Counted from the first letter of the stretch, positions 1 to 13,554 are shown. The stretch is DNA of 64,000 nt from Octopus sinensis (GCF_006345805.1 NC_042999.1:61566001-61630000), one strand, 5' to 3'. A program made the numbers and translations. Notes: generated by a model from the letters alone, not told the origin.

Positions 1-439
1 ATCTTTCTCGTGTTTCTTTCAAAATCTAAGATTTTTTTGAAACTGCTTAATAAATTTATCAAATGTGTCTGCAGGATTAATTTTCGTTACCATAGGATGG
101 ATGAATTTTATTGATAATTAACTGGATTATAGAAACCCCCAAACTGTAAAAGTTTTTGTAATAATCCGTAATTGGAGGGAGTTTGTAGTTAACCATATAC
201 GTATCTTTCCCATCAGAAGTTGTCGACTAGGAAAGACATTTTATTCGACTTTGCATTAAAAAGCCATTAGAGATGTGCACAGAACTTTCGAGATTTCACG
301 AATTCTCCTCTCAGTAATTAACATATTTTGAAGAGTTTATTGAAGAATATCCAGTACTACTGTCTTTACGTCTCTTTACTGTCTCGTTTTTTTTTTGTTC
401 TTTCAGCAGGTTTTCCACATATATTTTTTTTTTCTTTGC

Positions 440-780
440 AACTTCCTTCTTCCCATTTCATTTTTTCCATTCCTTCCCCTTTTTCTTCTTCTTTTCCTCC
501 TCCCCTTCTTCCTCTTCTTTTTCTTCTTCTTCGCTTTCTTCCTATTTTTCTTCTTCGTCTCCTTCTTCCCCTTCTTCTTCTTCTTCTTCTTCGTCTCCTT
601 CTTCCTATTTTTCCTCTTCGTCTCCTTCTTCCTCTTCTTCTTCTTCTTCGTCGCCCTCTTCTTTTTTTTCCATCTCCTTCTTCCTACTTTTACTACTCCT
701 ACTGCTTCAGCCACTGCCAATACTACCTCTGCTACTTCTACTACCTACTTCTACTACCTACTGCTACTACTGTTGCTACC
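440..780. repeat. (CTT)n/(CTA)n low-complexity trinucleotide tract
   Basis: Degenerate ttc/ctt then tac repeats; accounts for the poly-F/L/K ORFs at 328-858. Confidence 0.9.
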
Positions 781-782
781 AT

Positions 783-1097
783 TAGGAGCACTCCGTCGCT
801 TACGACGATGAGGGTCCCTGCTGATACGATCGACGGAACAGTTTGCTCGCGAAATTAACGTGCAAGTGGCTGAGCACTCCACAGACACGCGAACCCTTAA
901 CTTAGTTCCAAGGGAGATTCAGTGTGACAAGGCCGGCTCTTTGAAATACAGGTACTACTCATTTTTGCCAGCTGAGTGGACTAGAGCAACGTGAAATAAA
1001 GTGTCTTGCTCTACGACACAAAGCGTCGCCGGGAATCGAACTCACGACCTTACAATCTTCAGCCGAATGCCCTAACCACTAAGCCACGCGTCTCCAC
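783..1097 (-). mobile_element. tRNA-derived SINE, family C
   Basis: The minus-strand head GCGTGGCTTAGTGGTTAGG...GAGTTCGATTCCCGG has Pol III A-box and B-box motifs. Related copies at 14830, 28290, 55721 and 56647. Confidence 0.8.
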
Positions 1098-2443
1098 AAC
1101 TACTACTGTTAACACTACTACTGATACTACTACTAGTTGTTGCTATTTTTCTTCTACTACTACCTTAACTTCTACTACTACTATTACTACATCTGCTGCT
1201 ACTGTTACTGCAACTTCCTCTTCCTTTAACAGTAATACTACTATTACTTCTACTAATACTACTACTACTACTACAAGTGTTCTTCTTACTACAACTAATT
1301 CCTCTACTGCTACAACAACAACGACAGCTATTCCTATTTTTTCATCGCCGTCCTCATATTCTTTCTTATACAATTTTATTTTTCATTCTCTTTGAATTTG
1401 TTCCTCCAGTTTCTCCTTTCTGTTCGGCTTTTTTGCTCTTTCTTTCCCTTAAGCAAGTCCTCTCCCCATCCTATTTCCTTTCCTTTTGATTTCGTTTTAC
1501 TTTTTCAATTTTTGTTCATTTCTTACAGTCCACTGCGTTATCGCCCTTCATCGCACTCTCTATATCTTCCTTTGTTCTCCAGCAACATCCACTTCATACC
1601 CAACCAACAACATTTGGTTCCTTCCTTTTATATGTTTATATCTTTAGTTACGCATTCGTTTACTTCTATTTGTGTATTTTCATTTTTCGCATTATATCCC
1701 GCTTGTTTTCTTTAGTTTTTCCTCTTAATATGTTAATGTTATTCTATCAGCTGTGTTCGACAATAAGAAAAAATAAAAATGAGAAATAAATATTACAAAG
1801 CAAAACGTGTAAAAAAAAACATAAGGGAAAAAAACTGGAAAACGAAAACAAAAATCTTTTGCACGAAATTACCACGAACAGCAACAATAACCAATTTATA
1901 TTCAGCACAAGAAAGAAAATTGAATCGATTTTAATTGGCAATTATTAGATAAAAGATTTTAAGATAAATTAAATTCATAACTAGATTTATTGCATACGTT
2001 ACATCAGAACGCCTATTTCTAGATTTTTGCATACTTGATACCCTGCCTGATAAATTCCAAAATACAATTTCAATTATATACAATGAAACATAGTGATTAT
2101 TATAAACCAGTAAATTTATCCCCCCACCATCACCACCACTTAGTACTTAGTATTCTCCTCTCAAAAGTTTAGGGGCAAATTTTCTGAAAGTGGACCGCAT
2201 GCGATATTGCCCGTCACCTTCAAGCGGACCACAATGCTAAAAAAAAGTTAAAGGAAATTTTTCGCTACCTGTGCCATTCAGAATGTCTTGCGGGCTGCAG
2301 CCTGGCCGTTACTGCACTGCAGCTTCGCCATTACTGATTTAGACAATACGTAACTCTCTAGAGTAATTATTCTCGACCGGGGTCCATATGACCCTTGGGA
2401 ATCCATATAAGGATTCTTTGTTAAAATTTATGTGCAATATATA

Positions 2444-2870
2444 GGCGTAGGAGTGGCAGTGTGGTAAGTATTTTGCTTAGAGTTACTTACGAACCACATG
2501 GTTCCAAGTTCAGCCCTACTGCGTGGCAACTTCGGCGAGTGTCTTCTACTATAGGCTCGGGCCGACCAAAGCCTTGTGAGTGGATTTGGTAGATGGAAAC
2601 TGAAAGAAGCCCGTCGTATATATATATATGTATGTGTTTGTATATGTTTGTGTGTCTGTGTTTTGCCCTCCCCACCATCATCGCTTGACAACCAATGCTG
2701 GTGTGTTTACGTCCCCTTAACGTAGCGGTTCGGCGAAAGAGATCGATGGAATAAGTACTAGGCTTAAAAAGAATAAGTCCTAGGGTCGATTTATTCGACT
2801 AAAGTGGTGCTCTAGCATGACCGCAGTCAAATGACTAAAACAAGTAAAAGAGCAAGGAGTAAAAGAGAGT
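2444..2870 (+). mobile_element. tRNA-derived SINE, family A (full length)
   Basis: Head GGCGTAGGAGTGGCAGTGTGGTAAG, internal (TA)/(TG) tract and tail GGTGCTCTAGCATGACCGCAGTCAAATGACT. Multiple similar copies in the window. Confidence 0.85.
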
Positions 2871-3072
2871 AATAAGGATTAAGAAAGCAAAACTATATCA
2901 ATAAGTTTCAGTTCAATTGACTACAGAGATCGCTCTTCTTTCAATTCTAAAGAAACCCTCGAAAGTACCTATCCACTTTTCAGGTATGAAAATGTTCGTA
3001 TACACACAGAAACACACACTCACAAGAACATACATACATATATACATATAATATATTATATAATATATATAG

Positions 3073-3106
<34 letters not shown>

Positions 3107-3609
3107 GTATTTACATAGGTAGTGGGTAGGGATTTTCTTCACTACTTCAGGGAGTGACGAGCCTACCTGACACGAGTCCCGGGCTCAGCTTGCTCCGGCT
3201 GACAGTACCCGGTATGGACACCCTATCCAGGGTTACGGAAAGGAGACAACATTCAAAGAAATCTGGAGTGGAGCCCCGAAGGCGGTTTAGTTTTCGACTC
3301 GACACTCTTCCGGCAGCTCCTGCAACCAAGCTGGTGCCAAACGTAATGCTCTGCACTCCTTTGGACTACGTCAGCAAGGTCGAGAGAAGAATCCTGACAA
3401 TTGGGCTACCCAAGATTTTCTTACATCTAGCCCAGGCCTGCGCAAAACTGGGGAGGAAACTGGAGAGGACATGAAATGTAAAAATCAGACTGCATTAGTT
3501 TATGCGCAGCTCCATTGTCCCCCGAGACAAAAGGATGCCAACAATAGCAATGTATTTACGTATATTTATGTATGTATGTATGTATGTATGTATGTATAGT
3601 CATATGTCT

Positions 3610-3790
3610 TTTATTTTTGTTTCAATCATTCACCTGCGATAAACTGGGACACTGCCTAGAAGTGCCTGAGTCGAACAAAAACGATCTCAGTACTTATTTT
3701 TAACTTTGGTAAATAATCTGTCATTTGCGTTGCCGAACCGCTTGTTAAGAATTAGTGGGGCACAAAGTCATAAATGCACACACACATCCT
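3610..3790 (-). mobile_element. Degenerate 3' fragment of SINE family A
   Basis: Diverged match to the family A tail (tgtttcaatcatt...gccgaaccgct). Confidence 0.55.
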
Positions 3791-4140
3791 TACACGCACG
3801 TACACATACAAACACATACACGCACATAAAATCACTTAAAATATAATAGATTAAAACATTAAATCAGAGTAGTGAGTGATTCAAATGCTGTTTGCATTAA
3901 TGGCCGAGTGCAATTTAGGCATTACGAATTTTTAATGTATATCCCGTGTCCACTTCCCTGAATCTCACCTCCTCATTACAAACTGCATCTCCCTCCGTTG
4001 CATAAATTTAAATTCCAGTACCCCAAATGACAGTTAGGCTTCAGGAATTCTAGCATAGTTCATACAACCAGCATCTCGAGCCGCACTAGGTTATTGAACT
4101 ACATAATCATTTCTAAATTTCTCTCTCTCTCTCTCTGTAT

Positions 4141-4182
<42 letters not shown>

Positions 4183-4185
4183 TAT

Positions 4186-4482
4186 ACAACTTATAAACAA
4201 GGGCAAAAGAAAATTACTTTCTATGCCAATATGCTGATAACAGGTTTTTAAATCGTCAATTTCCACATATTATATATCCGCTACAGAAATACGTTGTAGC
4301 GGGTATATGATATGTGAAAATTGACGATTTAAAAGTCTGTTATAGCATATTGGTATAGAAATTAATTTTCTTTTGCCCTTGTTTATAAGTTGTTTATAAC
4401 TTTAATCTTAAAAGTATTTTAATATGCTGCCACTTTTTTGATGAAAATTTTCTGTGAAAAAACTTCATCCTATATTAGTAGT
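4186..4482. repeat. Fold-back palindrome (arms about 100 bp, 4186-4285 / 4295-4393) plus a unique tail, flanked by (TA)n
   Basis: acaacttataaacaagggcaaaagaaaatta...ccgctaca is mirrored by tgtagcgg...taattttcttttgcccttgtttataagttgt. Confidence 0.85.
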
Positions 4483-4492
4483 ATATATATAT

Positions 4493-4527
<35 letters not shown>

Positions 4528-4577
4528 TACGCCGTATGTAAACAAACAAGTTTGTTTTCGATGCGTTGAAATGTATT

Positions 4578-4720
4578 GTAGAACAAGTAGTAAGATAAAT
4601 TTTATTCAACACATACACACTTGACAGTATATATAAAAAAAGAAAAGGATTTTATCCTTTATATATATACTGTTCACTATCTATGCATAGAATAAAATTT
4701 ATCTTTCTACTTGTTCTATA
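4578..4720. repeat. Imperfect fold-back palindrome between (TA)n tracts
   Basis: tgtagaacaagtagtaagataaattttattc is mirrored by gaataaaatttatctttctacttgttctata. Confidence 0.75.
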
Positions 4721-4764
4721 TATATATATAACACACACACACACAAACATATATATAAATATGT

Positions 4765-6250
4765 AAAGCTAAGATCCAAGGATCAAAGTGTAGGAAGTTA
4801 GTAATGTTCCTGCAATCCTCAAAACGTATTAAGAAAAAAAAAATTCAGGAACAATGGTGGCTTATTGACGTAGAAGGTTGTAAATTTTTCCATATCGAAG
4901 TTCGATAACTTGAAAAACATTGTTTCTTTGTTCAAGGTTAGCAACTGTGGTGGCTGTGTATGCGAATAAAAATCCAAATTTAGGAAATGGAATTGGTAAA
5001 ATCGTTGCTACATATGCTTTCTAACCAGCAGAGACTCAGAAGTAGTAATTACCCAAATGAGTACGCCCAGTACTAGAAGAGACATGGCTCATGACAGCCA
5101 TAATGTTCAATATGAAGGATGGTGGCCAAGATATTGAAGGCCACAAGCACTAACAAACTCAACTAGAAGGGATATGGGATCGAACTCACTATCCAGGCAA
5201 CAGTAGAGGATTTGAATAGGATAGCGGAGGAGATAGTGCTACTAGACGACTTGAGATTGAAAATGAAGGTGGAGGGCAGGCCGCCTGTATGTTTCGAATG
5301 TGGAGAGAAGGGCCACATGAAGGCATGGTGCACCCAGAAAAAGCAACAAGCAGAGCAGCTGGAGAGACAAGAGAGCGTGGACCAGGTAGAACAGGTCGAG
5401 ACAAAGGAAAAAGAAACAGGGGATGATTTTACTGTGGTAAAAAATGAAGAAGGAGCGGAGGGATAGGTTCTCCGCCAGAGAAATAGAAAAAGAAGAGAGA
5501 AGATATGAGAAAAGAAACTGTGAAGGAGGTCAGCAGGAAGGGAGAGAAAATGGTAACATAGAAGGAAAGTAAAAAGAAAGTGGAGTGACAAGTAAAGATA
5601 CCAGTGGGTCAGGTGGAAAAGGATTCGGAAATTCAACTGGCCGAAGAGGAGGTGGAGAGACTATTTAGAGTGGAGGAGGAAAAGAGAAAACAAAGAGTTC
5701 AAAATAAAGGAAAGAAAATACAAGGAGGAAATGGACTATGGTATTACGTGACGCACCCAAAGAATGTAGAAACAGAGAAGATAGTCAAGTTTAATCAAAC
5801 AGTAAGAGAGAAAGTACCATCATACATATATGCAGAGGATATGAAGGCGATAGTGATCGAAAAGGAATATTACAAGAAACTGGAAGAAATATGTGGAGAT
5901 AGTATTGACCCACCAGGAGTAAGGGTGGAATTCAAAGAATTGCCACCAGTAGTGGATTTGGTAGAAAGTGAACCATTGATGAAGTACTACTAAAAAGAAA
6001 ATAAGTATGTTAAATCGACAGGTAAAAAGAAAAGAAAAAAGAAAAAGGAAAAAAAAAACAAAAAGGAGGAAAAAAGGAAAAAAAGAAAGAGTAAAGTGTT
6101 TTATGTTATGTTTAAAAACATATCGAAAAATAGAAGAATAATTGTAGAGAATGTATATTACGGTTCAAATACTTGCAATGTTATGTAACACGATAATTAG
6201 TTGTTATGTATGTGGGCTTACAATGTTGCCTGAGTACTTAGTATTAATAT
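4765..6250 (+). mobile_element. Decayed non-LTR retrotransposon ORF1 (gag-like, CCHC zinc knuckle) followed by an A-rich tract
   Basis: ORF 5212-5466 contains CFECGEKGHMKAWC (CX2CX4HX4C). Purine-rich coding-like sequence continues through stops to 5993, followed by an A-rich run at about 5994-6090. Boundaries are approximate. Confidence 0.65.
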
Positions 6251-6263
6251 TTTATGTAAATAT

Positions 6264-6489
6264 GGCGGCGAGCTGGCATAATCGTTAGCGAAGCGGGCGA
6301 AATTCTTAGCGGCATTTTGTCTGCCGCTAAGTTCAAATTCCGCCGAGGTCGACTTTGCCTTTCATCCTTTCGGGGTCGATAAATTAAGTACCAGTTACGC
6401 ACTGGGGTCGATATAATCGACTTAATCCGTTTGTCTGTCCTTCTTTGTCCTCTCTGTGTTTAGCCCCTTGTGGGTAGTAAAGAAATAGG
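6264..6489 (+). mobile_element. tRNA-derived SINE, family B
   Basis: GGCGGCGAGCTGGCATAATCGTTAG head, GTTCAAATTCC B-box and tail TAGCCCCTTGTGGGTAGTAAAGAAATAG; repeated elsewhere in the window. Confidence 0.85.
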
Positions 6490-7785
6490 TACTGCTTGTG
6501 ATGAGGGGCGCATGCAGCCATTCATAACCTCATTGTTATATAATCATCTCATTCATATTCGTTTATGTATTGCCCCCTCTATGGTATCCTGTCTGTCCTT
6601 GTTTGTCCCCCTCTATCTTGGGTCCTTGTGGCTAAAAAGAAACAGAGTTGAATAGAGGTCATCCGAATGAGCGATATAACAGATCCTTTGACAGTATAAC
6701 CCTTATTTGACTAAGGTATATTTGGCCTCGTTTGGGTAATTATTACTCATAAGCATTTGATTCTGAAACAATCATGTTACCCAAAATGGCTAAGCAAAAT
6801 TCACTTTGCAACTGTTATTATTCTGTAGCGGACAAAATGGACGTTGCTCTTTCTGTTTTCTTACAGATAGTAAACTTTTGCATCGGCAAAAGATATACAT
6901 GCGCGTATATGTGTATGTTTCTGCATGTCTGGATATCCTTGTATGTGCCACTATGTGCGTGCCTGTGGTTCTATGTGTATGACTCTATGTATGTGTGAAT
7001 ATGTTTGTACTCTATTTCGTTTGTTACAGGAGACTCACTACCGAGAGATGAGTTGAGTATTTCTATTTTCCCCTTATGTTGTAGCTTACATTCAAAAGAT
7101 AAAAACAAGAAAACTTGAATACAACATTATTCTCCATGTTGATTTTGTATTAAGGAAATTCGGATATGTATCCACCATATCTCTCTCTCTCTATTTTTCC
7201 GTCTTTCATTCTCACTTCTCCATTTCTTTCTCTCTCTCTTTCCCTCCTCTCTTTCTCTTTTTCTCTCTCTCTCTCTATCACTTACATCTATCTCTCCGTC
7301 TCTCTCTCTCTCTTTCTCTGTCTTCCCTCACCATACACACACACAAAGAAGACCACACGCAAACGTCCATGATTGTTTTGGAGAAATACGGTGATCTTTC
7401 GCTTTAAGAAAACAGATGAAGTCAGAAACGTACAAAAATAAATCTTATCTCTTGGGTAAGCGGAACGCATAAGTAAAAGCATAAGAGTCGCTTATTAAAC
7501 ACCATTACTATAGATTAGATTTCTTTTTATATTTCTCAACAGTACGATGTAATTAAGTAATGAGGGTAACGTCTTAGAAAATAAGACAACTTATACAGAA
7601 AAGATAGAAACATGTAAAAATAATTGAAAATTGGTAATTCCTTTCAAATTTCTTTACCGTAAGCTTTCAAATAATATTTTTGTTTACATTTCGAAATGAG
7701 TTGTCTAAACACAAATTGCTTGTACATGGATGTTTATGTAGTCGTAGATTCCCATATACATACATACACACACAGACATACAAAC

Positions 7786-7835
<50 letters not shown>

Positions 7836-7837
<2 letters not shown>

Positions 7838-8050
7838 TCTTTACTCTTTTACTGTTTCAGTCATGTTAATGTGGCAATGCTGGAGTACCACCTTTAGTCG
7901 GGCAAATCGACCCCAGGACTTATTCTTTGTAAGCCTAGTACTTAATCTATCGGTCTCTTTTGCCGAACCGCTAAGTTACAGGGACGCAAACACACCAGTA
8001 TCGGTTGTCAAGAGATGTTGAGGAGACAAACACAGACACACAAAATTATA
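7836..8050 (-). mobile_element. SINE family A, 3' half
   Basis: Reverse complement of the family A tail. Confidence 0.8.
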
Positions 8051-8066
8051 TACACACACATATATC

Positions 8067-8119
<53 letters not shown>

Positions 8120-8211
8120 TCAGTAAAACATAAATCCGAAAAAGAAGCACACTCTACGTTACGTATGCATGTATGTATGTATGTATGCATTTATATATAT
8201 ATATATATATA

Positions 8212-8385
8212 TATTCGAAATATGGAGTAGATAAAACAGGGGACAACTGATGAAGGGATTGTTGCCTGTCTCGTTTCTCTATTTGATTCGTTGTTCTAAA
8301 AATAGTTCGTTTTCCATGTTTTTTGTCTTTTTATGTTCTCGTTTTCCCTTTTGTTCACGTTCTTTTGACGTCCTGTACCCATATA
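8212..8385 (+). mobile_element. Short (TA)n-flanked interspersed repeat (family D)
   Basis: AAACAGGGGACAACTGATGAAGGG followed by a T-rich tail ending GTCCTGTACCCATA. Similar copies at about 35020, 60990 and 61310 (minus). Confidence 0.6.
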
Positions 8386-8444
8386 TCCATGTATATATAC
8401 AAATATATGCAGGTGTGTACATATATGTATGAATATATGCATAT

Positions 8445-8885
8445 ACTCTTTACTCTTTTACTTGTTTCAGTCATTTGACTGTGGCCATGTTGGAGCACCG
8501 CCTTTAGTTGAGTACATCGACCCCAGGACTTATTCTTTGTAAACCTAATACTTATTCTATCGATTTCTTTTGCCGAACCGCTACGTTACGGGGGCGTAAG
8601 CACAACAGCATCGGTTGTTAAGCGATGTTGGGGGGACAAACACAGAGACGCAAACATACACACACACACACACACACATATATAATATATATATATATAT
8701 ATATATGCATGCATATATTTATACAATGGGCTCCTTTCAGTTTCCGTCTACCAAATCCACTCACAAGGCTCTGGCTGGTCCGATGCTTTAGTGGAAAACA
8801 CTTGCGCAAGGTGTCACGCAGTGGGACTGAACCCGAACAATGTAGATGGTAAGCAAGCTACTTAGCACACAGTCACTCCTACGCC
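8445..8885 (-). mobile_element. SINE family A (full length)
   Basis: Reverse complement of 2444-2870. Confidence 0.85.
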
Positions 8886-8975
<90 letters not shown>

Positions 8976-9019
8976 GATTTATATTATATATATATATTAT
9001 TTATATTTTATATATATAA

Positions 9020-10282
9020 AGGCAGTTACTCAACAATCAAATGTAGACGTATTCTACCTTGATTTTGCAAAAGCTTTTGACAAGGTGGATCATGGTATGA
9101 TATGCCACAAACTGCGTGACCTCGGCATAGCTGGAAAACTTGGAGTGTGATTACATGACTTCCTGAAAGATCGGAGTCAGACAGTAGTGGTTAATGGAGC
9201 CACCTCTTTGAACACACAAATAGTGAGCGGTGTTCCACAGGGCACTGTCTTGGGACCACTGCTTTTTATAGTGGCCCTCTCAGATATGCCCTCAAATGCC
9301 CGGATAGCCACTCTGGCAAGCTATGCAGACGATACGAAAGTCTCGCAGAAAATACAGAACCGCAGTGATGTTGCACACCTGCAGCAGATGGACTGAGGAT
9401 AATAATATGCAGTTTAATGCTGAAACATTCCAGGCCCTGCGCTACCAGCATCCAAAACTGAATATTAAACTTACAGGATACACCGGTCCACAGGGAATTT
9501 CAATCCCAGAGCCTAAGTCTGTGAGGGACCTGGGTATCGACATGAGTGAGGATACCTCTTCCTAAGAGCACATTACCAGGATAGCGACAAAGTGCAGACG
9601 CCTGGATGGATGGATCCTAAGAACATTCAGAACCAGAGATAAGGAAACCATGATGGGCCTCTGGCGGACATTCGTTCTCAGCCGCCTGGATTACTGCTCA
9701 CAGCTATGGTCACCCACCAGTGTGAAATTAACAGCGGACCTTGAAGCAATCCAGAGAAGATTCACAAAGAAGATCGTCTCTTTACAACAGCTCAGCTACT
9801 GGGAAAGGTTGAAACAGCTAAGACTCTACTCCCTGGAGAGAAGACGGGAGAGGTATGCAGTAATATATGTCTGGAAGATCCTGGAAGGAATTGTGCTAAA
9901 TTTTGGTATTGTAAGCTACACCAATGCTAGAACGGGACGACACTGCATAGTTCCAAAGATCCCAGCAATGACATCACGCTTCAGGACCAGCTACTGCAAC
10001 AGACTGGGTTTCGAGGGTCCACAGCTATTTAATATTCTCCCAAAGAGTCTGAGGAACTTGTACAAAGTAGATGTAGCGGTTTTTAAATCAAAGCTGACAT
10101 CTTCCTGTCGAGAGTCCCAGATGAACCTACCTCACGGCAAGAGGTGCAAATGAGAGTAGCTATTTCAAACTCCATCCTTCACCAAGTGCCACATATTAGA
10201 GGAGGCTCTTTGTAATAACAGTCTAGCACAAAACGGCGGTGCATTAGCATGGCCGCAGCTCTGAGCTGAGACAAGAAAAAAA
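9020..10282 (+). mobile_element. 5'-truncated CR1/L2-group LINE (reverse transcriptase pseudogene) with 3' tail
   Basis: RT motifs VDVFYLDFAKAFDKVDH, SGVPQGTVLGPLLF, YADD, VRDLG and RLDYCSQLWSP, interrupted by stops and frameshifts. Candidate target-site duplication atttatattttatatatata at about 8999 and 10293. Confidence 0.9.
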
Positions 10283-10293
10283 TATATATATAA

Positions 10294-10348
<55 letters not shown>

Positions 10349-10350
<2 letters not shown>

Positions 10351-10511
10351 CGCAGGAGTGGCTGTGTGGTAAGTAGCTTGTCTACCAACCACATGGTTCC
10401 GGGTTCAGTCCTGCAGCGTGGCACCTTGAGCAAGTGTCTTCTACTATAGCCTCGGGCCGACCAAAGCCTTGTGAGTGGATTTGGTAGACGGAAACTGAAA
10501 GAAGGCCGTCG

Positions 10512-10585
<74 letters not shown>

Positions 10586-10773
10586 TGTGTGTCTGTGTTT
10601 GTCCCCTAGCATTGCTTGACAACCGATGCTGGTGTGTTTATGTCCCCGTTAATTAACGGTTCGGCAAAAGAGACCGATAGAATAAGTCCCGGGGTCGAGT
10701 TGCTCGATTAAAGGCGGTGCTCCAGCATGACCGCAGTCAAATGACTGAAACAAGGAAAAGAGTAAAAGAGTAA
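10349..10773 (+). mobile_element. SINE family A (full length)
   Basis: Same head, body and tail as 2444-2870. Confidence 0.9.
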
Positions 10774-10792
10774 GATATATATATATATTATA

Positions 10793-11110
10793 TGTAGAAA
10801 AAACAAACTGGGACAAGAACGTAAAACATTTAGAAGACGATACAAAAAACACGAACGGGACATTCGAAGCCTTCAATCTTCAGTCAAGAACCGGATCATC
10901 CTAGCAATTTCGGCTGATTAATCTTGAGATCGCTCCGATCCGGCCAGCCCCAAGGAAAAACTAAGCTACGAGCATTAGATTTCTTGGAAGAAGGATTGAA
11001 GGTATACGAAACAGGGACAGAAAAACGGACGACGCCACACGAATATAAAATACAAAAAACAATAATGGTAAAAACAGGACAAAAACAGCGGGTGTCTTAA
11101 AACTGATAAA
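10793..11110 (-). mobile_element. (TA)n-abutting repeat (family E), related to the palindrome at 36.6 kb
   Basis: Shares acaagaacg...agacgatacaaa...acggg(a/t)cattcg with 36601-36740. Confidence 0.6.
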
Positions 11111-12554
11111 CAGTACAACTACTGCAAGAAAGTAAAAGTTAGGGAGGCATAATTTGAATTTCTTGGCCCACTACCTATATTAGTTATTATAACGTTCTGA
11201 GAAACACACTTGCGTTTATGAAATTTTGCTTAGATAGGTTTCCGATCTAGAAGATTGTGATTAAGTTGATAACCGCGGCCATCGTTTTTATTGCTTCTAA
11301 ATTTATACGCAGAAAGAAAAATTGTTAATGTCAGACCCCAGAGTCGTCCCGAACTTTTGCAACAAAGGAGACTATATTAAAGACACATAAAGGTCAGGTT
11401 GAGGTTTTATTTCTAGCGTTGCATTAAATGGACTAAAAAAATGGTGACTATATTGTGTTTTTCCAACATACTATTAGTCCTTTTATATATTCAGTCATCA
11501 CAAGCAAAATGTTGCTTTATTTCTCCAGTAATAACTGAGAGTACTTCAAATAATTAAAATATTCCTGATTCATCGATATTAGCTTGCATTTCTATCCATA
11601 TATTGATGGTGCAAAAATGTATTATAACATCACATCCGATAGGGCTGTGTATGCCACATCGGACTTTTTCTTACATCGACTATCAATTTGAATGATGCTT
11701 TCAAGCAAGTTAACAAAATAAATTTCATCGTTATCAGGGAGCTTGCATTTTTTTTTTTCAACATGAACCAAACTACGTGTTAACATGCGCAAATATCACA
11801 CTATCACGCTGGCAATCACTACGGATTCTCAACATAGCATTAAACAATTCCTTATAGCAAGCGTTTTTGTTTTTTTCAGAATGACATTGATATACGAATT
11901 ATGTATTGGTCACAAAACTTCCATGTATTTCATTCTTTAATTAATGTCAATTATTTCCGATTTCGCTGAAGCACTTTGACAGTTCGCCTTTCAATCATCT
12001 TTTAGTTGTTTTGTAATGATCTTTTTTTCATCCTTGACTAAAATATGAGCAAACATTATAATATATACAACATAAAATATATACGACTGTCTTCTCATAG
12101 TGCAGACTACTCACAAACAAATAAACGAACGAGATGTTATCTGTAATAAGACACAACACAGGAATGATAAAATTAGATTTCAAGAAAGCAAAAAGGAAAA
12201 CAAAGAAAAACTCTTCTCTATAAATTATAAACCATGGCACTGACTTTATAACAGCTGTCAAATATTGGAAACATTGGCAAAACTTCTGAAAATCGATACA
12301 TAAGATGTTGTTTGCATTCAATGTAATTCAATAGATACTGCCATGAAATAATCTTTTAAAAAGTAAAGAAAGGTAACAAAGACATTCTGATAAGACGAAT
12401 AAACTGCTAAATGCGTTGGGAAACTATTCACAGTTTTCTAAATTTTAATCAATTATAGCTTACTTATTTATAAAGGAAGCTTGTAAAAAGCTACTGATCC
12501 AGTACTCAAACAACTGTGTCATTGCTAAGGAGAGCAAATTGATAGATCTGTTAT

Positions 12555-12562
12555 ACATATTC

Positions 12563-12594
<32 letters not shown>

Positions 12595-12915
12595 ATATAT
12601 ATATATAATATATATATATTATATATATATATACATATACATATTCTATATATATATAATATATATATATATATTATATATATATATACATATACATATT
12701 CATATATATATATATACATATTCATATATATATACATACATATTCATATATATATATGTATATATATACATATTCATATATATATATACGCATATTCATA
12801 TATATATATATATATACACACATACACATACACAAACACACACACACATATACGGCATCTATATGTTATACATACATACATACATACATATATATATACA
12901 CACACGTACATACAT
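12555..12915. repeat. (TA)n/(CA)n microsatellite
   Basis: Visible directly in the sequence. Confidence 0.95.
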
Positions 12916-13554
12916 AAATATTATTGCGCGAGGCGTTTTCAAATAATATAAACTAACATTTTCAGGAATCAATAGAAGCGATTCGTTTCCTTCTTTGTTA
13001 ATAATTCAGAGAGTAGCATTAATGAACTAAGTGTTGGAATGTTATTGCAAGCATTCAGCAGAAACAACCAACGTAATTGGATTGTCATCTTATATAAATG
13101 TTGAAGGAATCAAAATTAGGAAGTGGTTTCTAATAATTGAATACCTAAAGGAATGACAGTCAAGCATTTTTATTTTGTTATGCAGTATTTTTCTGCTCTG
13201 ATCATTTATCTGAATCTCTAGAAGATGCTGACTTACATATGTACATATGAGCTTAACGACAGTAACGTATTCTAAGTTAGTAAGTAAGTACGAGTGTGTT
13301 TTTCAGTAAGCGGGCATTTGTATAATATATATTTCAAGTTATATATATTTTGGCAGCATACGACAGTTTGTGGCATTGATTCGGTCTGAGTGAACAATGA
13401 TCAGTTCACCAGGGTTCACTAATCGCCCAAATGTCTTGAGCATGCTTTGACGACGAAAAGGAAAATATTAAAACGGTTCTAACTGTTGAAATGGTGTTTC
13501 AATTCAAACACATTTGATGTCATTTGCTTGGAAATATGTTATCCAATTTGATTT

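Noticed and set aside
1020-1097. tRNA-like sequence (also at 55721 and 56647)
   Set aside because: These are SINE heads that continue into SINE bodies; no intact cloverleaf is evident.
328-1715. Long ORFs rich in F/L/K/T
   Set aside because: Read-through of CTT/CTA low-complexity repeats.
3119-3480. GC-richer segment with a 106-aa ORF
   Set aside because: Probably a retroelement 5' or ORF1 piece, but there is no diagnostic motif.
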